Of a stretch of 64,000 nt of DNA, positions 30,192-39,034 are shown in pieces; positions within the stretch are counted from its first letter, which is position 1, and every line of letters starts with the position of its first letter. Position numbers and translations under genes: made by a program. This stretch comes from Candidatus Marinacidobacterales bacterium. GTDB lineage: Bacteria; Acidobacteriota; Vicinamibacteria; Marinacidobacterales; SMYC01. Under the pieces are notes generated by a model. It was not told the origin of the DNA, ran no database searches, and worked only from the letters and a program-made list of their open reading frames with translations. The stretch is taken from assembly GCA_965237955.1 (NCBI GenBank), contig OZ250169.1, positions 4,160,001-4,224,000 on the forward strand, read 5' to 3'.

Positions 30192-31339
30192 ATGGCAGTC
30201 GTATCGATGCTTCGATGTCGCAGAACAAGCGCAACGTCGGTGAGCGATGTTCCGTTGCGGAGCATCTGCGTTGCTGCAGTATGGCGGAGACGATGACTGC
30301 TGATTCTCCGTAGACCCGCACGCGCTGAGGCCGCAGCGGCGATCCCAGTGACGCGACCGCGAGATAAACGCCGATAGGGTGCCCGGCTCGTAAGAAAAAA
30401 TGCTCTAGATTCTGAGAGTGAGGATGGCCGTCCCCGTTTCAGATATCCGGCAATCGCTTGTCCAACATCGCTGGGCAGAGGTAGCCGCTCATCACTATGG
30501 CCTTTGCCATGGAGGATGAGCTCACCTGCTCGCCAATCGATATCGTCGAGTTGGAGGGCCGCGACTTCACAGCTGCGAAGTCCGAGTCGCGAGAGCAAAA
30601 CCAGGATGGCGAAATCACGGCGACCCACGTGGCGGCGGCGATCGCAGCTGTTCAGAAGTAGCCGAAGCTCTCGAGATGAAATGAACTTGGGCACGCCGGC
30701 TTGTCGCCAACCCGCGACGCCAGGCACTGCGCCTACAAGCTCGCGTTGGAGATCGCCTCGAAGATGCAGGAAGCGAAGTAACGAGCGTAACGCGGTCACC
30801 ACAAGCTTTGTGGTGGCTACGCTCGACGTTTTGGATTCGTGCAGTATGAACGTTGTGATGTCGTCTGCGCCGAGGCAGCCGAGTTCTACGCATTTCGAGT
30901 CAAACCCATGGGATAGGAATTTCTCAGCATACTGACGGTAACAGCGGGCCGTCGAGACTTGGAGCCCGCGCTCTTTGAGAAGGAAGTGCTCGTATTCATC
31001 CAAGAGCTCTTCGACCGTGTTGCGCGTCACCAGAACTTCCGGAATCGACACAACGCCTTCGGCCTCCAGATACTGCAATATCGGTCTGAGCGACAACGGT
31101 GTGAGATGACTCTTGTAACCAGCTTGTCTCCTATCGCCAAAAAACGCCTCGATGCTTTCACGCGTGAGATCGCTCAGCCGCAGCCCAGCGGCAACAAGCC
31201 AACGGCTCAGATGGCTCACCAGATGCAATAAGTTCTTGCTCGTACGCGGTCTATAGCCCTGCGCAAGCAGGTGTGACCAAACTCTGCCGACGAAAGGCAC
31301 GAGTGGGCCGTTAATACGGATGCGCGGTATTGTCGTCAT
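30137..31339 (-). CDS. Tyrosine recombinase RitA (native C-terminal tail replaced)
   Basis: LGLRSCE, HRLRHT and LRHRSIDTTAIYA; all catalytic motifs are retained, then it reads out of frame into the ritB remnant. Confidence 0.85.
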   Translation of the reverse strand: MTTIPRIRINGPLVPFVGRVWSHLLAQGYRPRTSKNLLHLVSHLSRWLVAAGLRLSDLTRESIEAFFGDRRQAGYKSHLTPLSLRPILQYLEAEGVVSIPEVLVTRNTVEELLDEYEHFLLKERGLQVSTARCYRQYAEKFLSHGFDSKCVELGCLGADDITTFILHESKTSSVATTKLVVTALRSLLRFLHLRGDLQRELVGAVPGVAGWRQAGVPKFISSRELRLLLNSCDRRRHVGRRDFAILVLLSRLGLRSCEVAALQLDDIDWRAGELILHGKGHSDERLPLPSDVGQAIAGYLKRGRPSSLSESRAFFLTSRAPYRRLSRGRVTGIAAAASARAGLRRISSHRLRHTAATQMLRNGTSLTDVALVLRHRSIDTTAIYATRSQSRRFAAGTKPV

Positions 31340-31480
31340 AGGACCTCCTTCCCCGGCATTGGCCGGGAAGGCGTCACCATGACACGAGAAAACAGATAGT
31401 TTTATGCCGACCAGAAATCCGCTAAAGACAGCGCCAAAGCGCCTCAGGCCACTCTACGCGGCATAATCCGGTAGTCGGCA

Positions 31481-31518
31481 TACATCAGCTTATGCCGATA
31501 TCGGCATAAGCTGATGTA
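31481..31518. repeat. Perfect 38-bp palindrome at the RIT end
   Basis: TACATCAGCTTATGCCGAT|ATCGGCATAAGCTGATGTA. Confidence 0.95.
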
Positions 31519-32505
31519 CTCCCTTACAAGTCGGACGAGATGCCGGTCGCCAAGGACCACGACGTGCGCAAGGAGCTCGCGCCGGCAGCTCTCGATCCAG
31601 CGCTCGGCGGTTCCGTTCTGCGGGACTGCGATAAGAAATGCGAACAGACTTTGTGCCTATCGCCTTGATGAACTCGACCACTGCAGAGCTGAATATAGAA
31701 TCTCGGTCGAAGATGAGGTATCTCGGCGCGGTGTCGTATGGAAACGCCTCACGTAGTTGCTGAGTCACCCACGCCGATGTCGGGTGAAACGTTGCGTTGA
31801 AGTGCAAGATATGTCGACGGCCGTGCTCGATGACGAAGAAGCCGTACAGCAACCGAAGCGACGCCGTCGGTACCGTGAACAGATCCATTGCAGCGATGTC
31901 GCCCATGTGGTTCTGCAAGAACGTAACCCAGCGCTTCACTTGGTCGGGCTCGGCCGGGCGCCGCGGCATGTATCGCGACACCGTGATCTCGGAGATGACG
32001 AAACCGAGCTTGGTGAGCTCTGCGTGGATACGAGGTGCGCCCCAGCCGTCCTGAGCGATCGTCCGGATGAGTCGACGAATCTAGGCGTCGACGCGAGGGC
32101 GACCCGGATAGCGTCGCTGGGAGATCTTCGCCCAGTATCGCCGGAATCGCTCCCGATTCCATTTCGCGACGGTGTCCGCGTTGACGATCAGCAGGCGGCT
32201 CACCCACGGGGGCCACGAGCGGCGAAGGACGACCCAGAAAGCCCGATCGGTGTCCTCGAGCGGTGGCCGCGGTCGCTCTCTCTTGAGCACGGCCACTTGC
32301 TGCCGGAGCGCCAGGTTTTCGATCACGAGGTCGGCGCGGCGGCGACAAATCGCCCTGATTGCACGGGCGCCGAGTGAGACGAGGAAGATGAGCAAGCGAA
32401 ACATGACGGTGAGTGTGCCGTTCCCGTCGCGTCATCTCAAGTCCGGCGGAGCACAGGTGCGCCTAAGTTCCTGATTTCGCGGGCGGATGGGTTTTGACGA
32501 GGGAC

Positions 32506-32643
32506 AGGCGGTCTGAACCGCTTTCAGGCGCCCCTACCCTTCTGATATCCTCGACGAGCCTCAACAACCCGGATTAGCCCATGCAAGCCGAGGAAATTGG
32601 AGGGACACGCTTCACGATGCGCTATGGAATTTCCTATCCCTCC
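32506..32643. repeat. 138-bp dispersed direct repeat, copy 2
   Basis: Matches 25996-26133. Confidence 0.9.
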
Positions 32644-32798
32644 ATACCGAGCGCATGATGAACACCATTCGCGGCTCGCGGGCACGCATCGACCAAATGA
32701 TCACGCACACGTTCCCGATCGACCGGGTCGCAGAGGCGATGGATGTTCAGCTCGCCGGGCAGTGCGGGAAAGTGATCGTTCACCCCTGGGAGGATTGA
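32644..32798 (+). pseudogene. C-terminal remnant of a Zn-dependent dehydrogenase paralog
   Basis: IDQMITHTFPIDRVAEAMDVQLAGQCGKVIVHPWED*, similar to the end of the next gene. Confidence 0.75.
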
Positions 32799-32805
32799 CG
32801 AAGCG

Positions 32806-33843
32806 ATGAAGACCGTAGCGATTACCGGAAAGCAGTCCAGTGCAATCGTGGACAGACCGATGCCGACGGCGAAAGAGGATTTTGCGGTGGTCAAGATCCT
32901 CTCGGCGCCGTTGTGCACCGAGTACGCGGACTACCGCGATAGCGTCTACCGCAAGTTCAAGTCGCCGGACGCTATTGGACACGAAGCAGCCGGCGAGGTC
33001 GTCGAGGTTGCACAGCCCGGTAAAGTAAAGGTCGGCGACCGAGTCGCCGTCATGCCCGGTTTCTGGTGCGGAAACTGCCGGTACTGCCTTTCGGGCGAGT
33101 ACATCCACTGCGAGAACGAGGTCGATCCGCTGGCCGTATGCGCATGCGAGGCCGGCGACGCGTCATATGCCGAGTACTGCCTGAAACAGGACTGGCTGTT
33201 GCTGCCGATTCCGGATGACATGAGCTACGACCATGGTGCCATGGCGTGTTGCGGCCTGGGGCCCGCGCTCAACGCCATGCGCACGATGGATGTAAACGGT
33301 GACGACACGGTCCTCATCGCCGGTACGGGGCCAATCGGGCTGGGTTCGATCATCTGTGCGACCTACCGCGGTGCGCGAGTGATCTGCCTCGGACGCAAAG
33401 CATACCGCAGCGACCTGGCAATGAAGCTCGGTGCCGAAACGGTCTTGGACCCTACTGCCGACGACGTCAGGCAGCAGATCCTCGATCTTACCGATGGACT
33501 TGGCGCCTCGAAGTCGGTCGAGACAACGGGGTTCCACACCTACTTGGATGTGGTGATGAAAGCAACCCGCCGGAAGGGCCAGGTCGGCATCATCGGTGAA
33601 GGCGGCGAGTATCCCGTCCCGATTAGCGACGGCATGATTCGGACCGGTCTGACCCTGCACGGCATCTGGCACTGGAACCTGGGCGATGCACCCGACATGC
33701 TGAACATGATCGGTCGCGTGGGCGACAAGCTGGACATCATGATCACGCACCGATTTCCGATGGATCAGATCGAAGACGCATGGAAGCTGCAGATGACCGG
33801 CCAGTGCGGCAAGGTCGTTATCCACCCGTTTGAAGGAGCCTGA
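32806..33843 (+). CDS. Zinc-binding alcohol dehydrogenase (MDR family)
   Basis: GHEAAG, CGNCRYC...C structural zinc site and GTGPIG Rossmann motif. Confidence 0.92.
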   Translation: MKTVAITGKQSSAIVDRPMPTAKEDFAVVKILSAPLCTEYADYRDSVYRKFKSPDAIGHEAAGEVVEVAQPGKVKVGDRVAVMPGFWCGNCRYCLSGEYIHCENEVDPLAVCACEAGDASYAEYCLKQDWLLLPIPDDMSYDHGAMACCGLGPALNAMRTMDVNGDDTVLIAGTGPIGLGSIICATYRGARVICLGRKAYRSDLAMKLGAETVLDPTADDVRQQILDLTDGLGASKSVETTGFHTYLDVVMKATRRKGQVGIIGEGGEYPVPISDGMIRTGLTLHGIWHWNLGDAPDMLNMIGRVGDKLDIMITHRFPMDQIEDAWKLQMTGQCGKVVIHPFEGA

Positions 33844-33845
33844 AG

Positions 33846-34820
33846 ATGAGCGACAACGACCTCTGGATCACCGTCGAGGGTACCGACGGACCGGGCAAGG
33901 GGAAGCACATCCTCTTCATCAGTGGTGACGAGGAATACCGTTCGGAAGAAGCGTTGCCGATGTTGGCACAGGTGATGGCGCGACACCATGGCTTCAAGAG
34001 CACGGTGCTGTTTGCGATCGACCCGGAGACGGGCTTCGTCGACCCGGAAGTGCAGACGAACATCCCAGGCATGCACCACGTCGATACGGCCGACATGATC
34101 GTGATGTTGATTCGCTTCCGCGAGCTGCCGGACGAGGATATGGGGCGCTTCATCGACTACACGTTTGCGGGCAAACCGATTCTGGCGCTACGGACCTCCA
34201 CGCACGCGTTCCAATACGGACGCGATCCGGTGGGGCGGCCGTCGGATTGCGCGGGCTACCGACCAGCCAGCCCGTATGGCAAGTTCACGTGCGACCACGT
34301 CGAGTACCGTGGCGGTTTCGGGCGCCAGGTGCTTGGCGAGACCTGGGTTGCCCACCACGGCCACCACGCGTACGAGGCCACGCGCGGCGTACCGAATGCG
34401 GCGATGAAGGATCACCCGATCCTGAAAGGCGTCGACACAATCTGGTGTCCCACCGATGTGTATGAGGCGCATCCGCCAGACGACGTCGAGGTTCTCGTGG
34501 ACGGCCACGTGCTGATTGGCATGGACCCGAAAGATCCGGAGAAGCCCGACACGCCTACCATGCCGGTGGCGTGGATACGCCAGCCCAAAGCCGAGACCGG
34601 CACCGGGCGTATCCTCTGTTCCACCATGGGAGCGGCCGTGGATCTGAAAGACCAGTCGCTGCGTCGTCTCGTAATCAACGGCATCTACTGGTGCATGGGC
34701 ATGGAGTCGGAGATCTCCCTGGATCGCAGCGTGGATCCGGTTGCGGCGTACGATCCGACTTACTACGGGTATGGCGGTTTCCAGAGGGGGAAGCGGCCTC
34801 AGGAGTTCTTCGGCGCGTAG
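33846..34820 (+). CDS. ThuA-like (class I glutamine amidotransferase-like fold) protein
   Basis: ISGDEEYRSEEALP, RFRELPD, LRTSTHAF and PVAW...STMG motifs. Confidence 0.7.
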   Translation: MSDNDLWITVEGTDGPGKGKHILFISGDEEYRSEEALPMLAQVMARHHGFKSTVLFAIDPETGFVDPEVQTNIPGMHHVDTADMIVMLIRFRELPDEDMGRFIDYTFAGKPILALRTSTHAFQYGRDPVGRPSDCAGYRPASPYGKFTCDHVEYRGGFGRQVLGETWVAHHGHHAYEATRGVPNAAMKDHPILKGVDTIWCPTDVYEAHPPDDVEVLVDGHVLIGMDPKDPEKPDTPTMPVAWIRQPKAETGTGRILCSTMGAAVDLKDQSLRRLVINGIYWCMGMESEISLDRSVDPVAAYDPTYYGYGGFQRGKRPQEFFGA

Positions 34821-35493
34821 CCTGTCGCACTGACCGACGAGCCGCGGTGCCGACCGCGGTTCGATCTCGAACAGGCCGCAGCCGGTGCCGGTGCCCCTCC
34901 GTAGGGGGCCGACCATAACCGGCCGGCCGCCGCCGCGCCGCTGCCTTGGTGCACAACTCCGATAGAGGCCGAGAGCTCGCTTGGCCCCGACTCCCATCAT
35001 CCGATCATCTCGCTATCAGGCATCCCGAGCGCCGTCATCGTATTGAGAATCTTGCACCCGATCCTTGCCTCGACTCTCTGTGCCGCCAACCCTCTCGCTC
35101 GCATCGCTGAGCCCACGATAGCCTTGTAGCGATGGAACGTTGTCTCGACTTTGCTCCGTTTGCTGTAGCCCGATTCTGTGTGCCACTTTCGTTTGCCGAG
35201 CCGATCTTGTGCTGCAATGTTGCGATTGCGCTGTCGGCTGCTCGCCGGCCCCGATGCGAGCTGGGCGCCCTTGCGCGGCGGTATCAGCACCCTCGGCGAG
35301 CAATGAGCGCTGTGATTCTCGATTGCCTCATAGACGCCGCCGGCGTCGTATGCGGTGTCAGCTCTGGCCGATGAGATGGGACTGTCGATCTGTCCGACAA
35401 GCGATGCAACCCGCGATGAATCGCGGGCTCTTTTGCTCGTCAAGCTCGCCGGCCGGAACGTGTCAACAACTTTGAGACACCCGCGGACTGCAT

Positions 35494-36633
35494 TTAGTGA
35501 GCCTCAATCAATGCAGTAAGACTCGTGGGCCCGGGGCGGTCACCGTCTGCGTGCGGCGAGATCTGGTCGCGTTGGCCTGAATCCGGGGGTACCCCAGGTG
35601 TGGACCACCTTGAGAAAGTGGCTCCGGCGGCCTCCTGGCGCGTCGTTTTCTCCGGCGGCGGGTTGATCCAGGCCTGAGGAGGCAAAACGGGGGGCTGTGG
35701 CATTCCGCGAACGAAGCGTTCGGGATGAGCCCGATGAGCTTCGAGGAGGATTTGGCGCCGGGCAGTGGTGAGCTGTTCCGCGAGACCATCGTGAACGGCG
35801 GCCGGTGTCATGAGGCCGATTCCCGAGTGCCGGCGTTCGTGATTGTAGTAGTCGAGGAAGCCGCCGCAGAACAGCCGGCCGTCTTCGATGGAACCAAAAC
35901 GGCTCGGAAACTGAGGGCAATACTTCAGAGTCTTGAACTGGGACTCGGAGTAGGGGTTATCGTTCGAGACGTAAGGTCTGGAGTGGGTCTTGGTAACGCC
36001 GAGGTCAGCCAGGAGCATAGCTACGGACTTGCTTCGCATCGAGCTGCCACGGTCGGCGTGGATGGTGAGCTGGTCTGGTTCGATGTTCTGTTTGCGGCAG
36101 CTCTCGCTGATGAGACGACGAGCGAGCTCAGCGCTTTCTCGTCGAGCCAACATCCACCCGGTCACGTAACGGGAGAAGATGTCCAGAATCACGTAGAGGT
36201 AGTAGTAGGTCCACTTGACGGGGCCACGCAGCTTGGTGATATCCCACGACCAAACCTGGTTCGGCGCTTCGGCCAGCAGCTCCGGCTTTTGATAATTCGG
36301 ATGTCGCAGCTGGTTCCGGCGCTCTCGGACCTCTCCGTTCTCCGCCAGAATCCGATACATCGTGCGGATCGAGCAGTAGTAGATTCCCTCGTCCAGGAGC
36401 GTGGCCCACACCTGAGCGGGCGCCTTGTCGACGAACCGCTCGGAGTGCAAGGCACCGAGAACCAGCTCACGTTCGGTCACATCGAGGGCTCGGTGCGACC
36501 GAGGGCGGCGTTTCGCATTGGACGTTACCGTCTGGCGCCTGCGATACAACGTGGAGCGAGCTATTCCAAGGGCCTCGCAGGCTTCCGCCGTCTGTCCAAT
36601 TCGTCCCGCCAGCTCCTCGGCCGCCACCATCAA
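35494..36633 (-). CDS. IS3-family transposase OrfB
   Basis: WSWDITKL, IHADRGS and NPYSESQFKT DDE motifs. Confidence 0.9.
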   Translation of the reverse strand: MMVAAEELAGRIGQTAEACEALGIARSTLYRRRQTVTSNAKRRPRSHRALDVTERELVLGALHSERFVDKAPAQVWATLLDEGIYYCSIRTMYRILAENGEVRERRNQLRHPNYQKPELLAEAPNQVWSWDITKLRGPVKWTYYYLYVILDIFSRYVTGWMLARRESAELARRLISESCRKQNIEPDQLTIHADRGSSMRSKSVAMLLADLGVTKTHSRPYVSNDNPYSESQFKTLKYCPQFPSRFGSIEDGRLFCGGFLDYYNHERRHSGIGLMTPAAVHDGLAEQLTTARRQILLEAHRAHPERFVRGMPQPPVLPPQAWINPPPEKTTRQEAAGATFSRWSTPGVPPDSGQRDQISPHADGDRPGPTSLTALIEAH

Positions 36634-37097
36634 TCGTTCTCGTCGCTGTCTGGTGGATTCAGGGGGATCCCCAGAAGTTCGGAGGTTTTTTTTTGGATCT
36701 CTAGCATCGTCTCCACCCGAGCCAGGCGATGCTTCAATCGCGCGTTCTCGCGCTCGAGCTCCTTGACCCGTGGATCCTCTGCCTTCGCCTTCCGTCCTCG
36801 CTTCCTCGATGTCAACCCCGCCTTGGCAATCTTGTCACGTTGGCGACGCCAACTCGAAAGATGCGACGAGTACAGTCCCTCTCGACGCAGAAGAGCCGCA
36901 ACATCCCCGTCACCCTTGCAAGCATCGGCCTCGCGCACTATCCGCAGCTTGTACTCTGCGGTAAAGCGTCGACGCTTCGCTTGCTCACTCACTTCGGGAT
37001 CCGGGACCCCTGCCGCATCGCGGCCGGCGCGATCTGCAGTCGCCCTACGGGCTCCTTCCGATCCCGCCGGGGTCATTCTCTCAATCAACGTAGTCAT
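36630..37097 (-). CDS. IS3-family transposase OrfA
   Basis: RRRFTAEYKLRI HTH, LLRREGLYSS and leucine zipper; A-rich slippery run near its 3' end. Confidence 0.85.
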   Translation of the reverse strand: MTTLIERMTPAGSEGARRATADRAGRDAAGVPDPEVSEQAKRRRFTAEYKLRIVREADACKGDGDVAALLRREGLYSSHLSSWRRQRDKIAKAGLTSRKRGRKAKAEDPRVKELERENARLKHRLARVETMLEIQKKTSELLGIPLNPPDSDEND

Positions 37098-37955
37098 TCA
37101 TGATCCTCCTCCGCCCTCTACACTAATTTCAAGGGGCGAAGTGTCTCAAGGAGGTTGGCACAGAGGGCCGGCGCGATCTGCAGTCGCCCTACGGGCTCCT
37201 TCACGATCCCGCCAGCTTGGGTCATTCGGCGCTCTCAATCAACGTAGTCATTCATGATCCTCCCCTCCGCCCTCTACACTGCAAGGCACCGATCCCGCCG
37301 GGGTCAAATCACTCAAATCACGCCCTCTACACTAATTTCAAGGGGCGAAGTGTCTCAAGGAGGTTGGCACAGAGGGGGCGACGACTTCGCCACTCTGCTC
37401 GTCGACACACAGATGGAGCTTGCGATAGTCCCTGCTCTTTGGTGCTCTGCGCAGCTGGCCGGCGTGGACAGCGAGACCGCTGCTGTCGATCAAGATGTGC
37501 AACGGCGTCTTCTGCTTGTCTTGGTAGAAGGGGACCTTACCCAGCTTCGCCTTGCGCCTCGAGATCGTGGTGTGATCGGGCACATCATTGTCTAGCTTCA
37601 TCAGAGCGAACAACGATCGCAGCAATCCCTCGCTCTGCCTAGATGACAGATGAAACACCATGCCCAGGGTGACAGCCGTCTCGATGGCGTGGTTCGAGTA
37701 CTTGCGTTGACGGCCCGGTTTCCTCCTCCTCGGCCGGGGCGCGTCCCAGTTCACAAGCTTGCCGGCGGTGAGCGAGATCCAGGCGGTCAGGCTCCCACGG
37801 TTGCGTAGACCCGCCTCATATTCACGCCAATTCCTCACGCGATAGGCCTTCTTCACATACTTCCGCTGAGTGCGTTTGAAAATGCTCATGGGAAACCTCG
37901 AATCCGTGAGTAAAGGACAATTGTGGACCGAGATCGCGAGTTGTGCACCAAGGCA

Positions 37956-38627
37956 GCGCTTGACTGGCTTGAAGAGAAGTTCTCCAAGGTTGTAGAGCAG
38001 ACAAGTGTCGGCCTTCGACAATCCGTGATGGAAGAACTGACCACAATCGCCCAACTAGCAGACCGTGGCGACAGAGCTATACCGGGAGCTGCCAATAGAG
38101 CTATGTCAGTATCTGTTTCGAGCCTGAAGCGGGACGCATCGATTGCATTCGGCCGGGTGAAGCTTCGCCAGCGAAGAACCGAAGCTGCCGGAACTGATCG
38201 GCCAGGGGTTAGCATGCGAGATTACTTCATCTCTCACGCCGGTGAGGATCGACGTACGTGTGTCGATCCTCTCGTCAATGAGTTAAGGAGGAAAGGCCGG
38301 ACAGTGTGGTATAGCGAGTTCGAGATAACGCTCGGAGACAGTCTTCTCAGAAAGATCGACGAAGGACTACAGAACAGCCGATTTGGCGTGGTTGTGTTGA
38401 GTCCGGACTTCTTCCAAAAGCCGTGGCCGCAGGCCGAGCTTGATGGCCTTGCTGCGCGGGCTGCTGTGGAAGGTCGAAAAGTGATCCTTCCCGTGTGGCA
38501 CAGACTTAGCCATGCTGACGTGGCGGAACGCTCGCCATCTCTGGCTGGCTTGGTAGGTATCGAAACCGGGCAGGGAATAGCTGAAGTCGCAGATGCCATA
38601 ATAGCTGCGTCCGACAGGGACCTGTAG
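37956..38627 (+). CDS. TIR-domain protein, 5' end truncated by IS5
   Basis: YFISHAGED, VWYSEFEITLGDSL, VVVLSPDFF and WPQAELD (catalytic Glu); internal ATGs at 38028 and 38214. Confidence 0.85.
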   Translation, partial: ALDWLEEKFSKVVEQTSVGLRQSVMEELTTIAQLADRGDRAIPGAANRAMSVSVSSLKRDASIAFGRVKLRQRRTEAAGTDRPGVSMRDYFISHAGEDRRTCVDPLVNELRRKGRTVWYSEFEITLGDSLLRKIDEGLQNSRFGVVVLSPDFFQKPWPQAELDGLAARAAVEGRKVILPVWHRLSHADVAERSPSLAGLVGIETGQGIAEVADAIIAASDRDL

Positions 38628-38677
38628 TGTACCTCTGGCGCCCACCCCACGACGCCCGACTGAACAAGTCGAAGACT

Positions 38678-38775
38678 CGTCCTGTGCCAAAACTCGGCCC
38701 TTTTGAAATAAACGATAAATCAACAGCTTAGAGTCTGTGTTTGCGACCGTGCCAAGGGCCGTAGGCTCTACAATC
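38678..38775. repeat. Orphan IS-like end, inverted copy of about 41675-41771
   Basis: CGTCCTGTGCCAAAACTCGGCCCTTTTGAAATA...; similar over about 100 bp. Confidence 0.7.
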
Positions 38776-39034
38776 GTCTTGGGCGGACAGGTCGTCACCA
38801 TGCAGACCACCACCTGGTCGAGAGCGAATATCCAAGCGTGTTACTGAAGTTGTGTTTCCACACTACGCCGGTCTAGCCCACCGAGGGGCGACCGTCGCCG
38901 ACGACAATCTATGCGGCACGGTAGTAGCAGTTGAGAATGCCTCCAAGTCGCTCTCGCGACACGACGGGGCCAGCGTCCTTCACGCTTGCCGGCCAGCGTG
39001 AGGCACAGTCTAATCGCGCCGCATCGGTTCTCGC

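Larger units (their letters stand above)
28904..31482 (-). mobile_element. RIT (recombinase-in-trio) element with internal deletion
   Basis: Terminal inverted repeats containing paired TTATGCCG motifs (28904-28935 and 31452-31482); three overlapping tyrosine recombinase genes, the middle one mostly deleted. Confidence 0.85.
28567..32506 (-). mobile_element. rve/integrase-core-type IS, degraded and interrupted by a RIT element
   Basis: Imperfect terminal repeats TGTCCCTCATCAATATTGATCCG and TGTCCCTCGTCAAAACCCATCCG; transposase pieces at 32404-31515 (TAG at 32081, frameshift near 31625) and 28903-28745 (YYHEDRCHLGLAKDTP...GGLHHRY). Confidence 0.8.
35451..37377 (-). mobile_element. IS3-family element nested in IS5, with a garbled duplicated end
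   Basis: Inverted repeats TGTCAACAACTTTGAGACAC and GTGTCTCAAGGAGGTTGGCACA; orfA and orfB. Confidence 0.85.
34942..37955 (-). mobile_element. IS5-family element copy 2, interrupted by an IS3-family element
   Basis: Same terminal repeats as 20377-21462; transposase split between 34997-35450 and 37378-37889. Confidence 0.9.

Noticed and set aside
37163-37377. Tandem duplication of the IS3 end
   Set aside because: A garbled, indel-rich copy of about 37020-37165; more likely a consensus or assembly artefact than a functional feature. Needs a read check.
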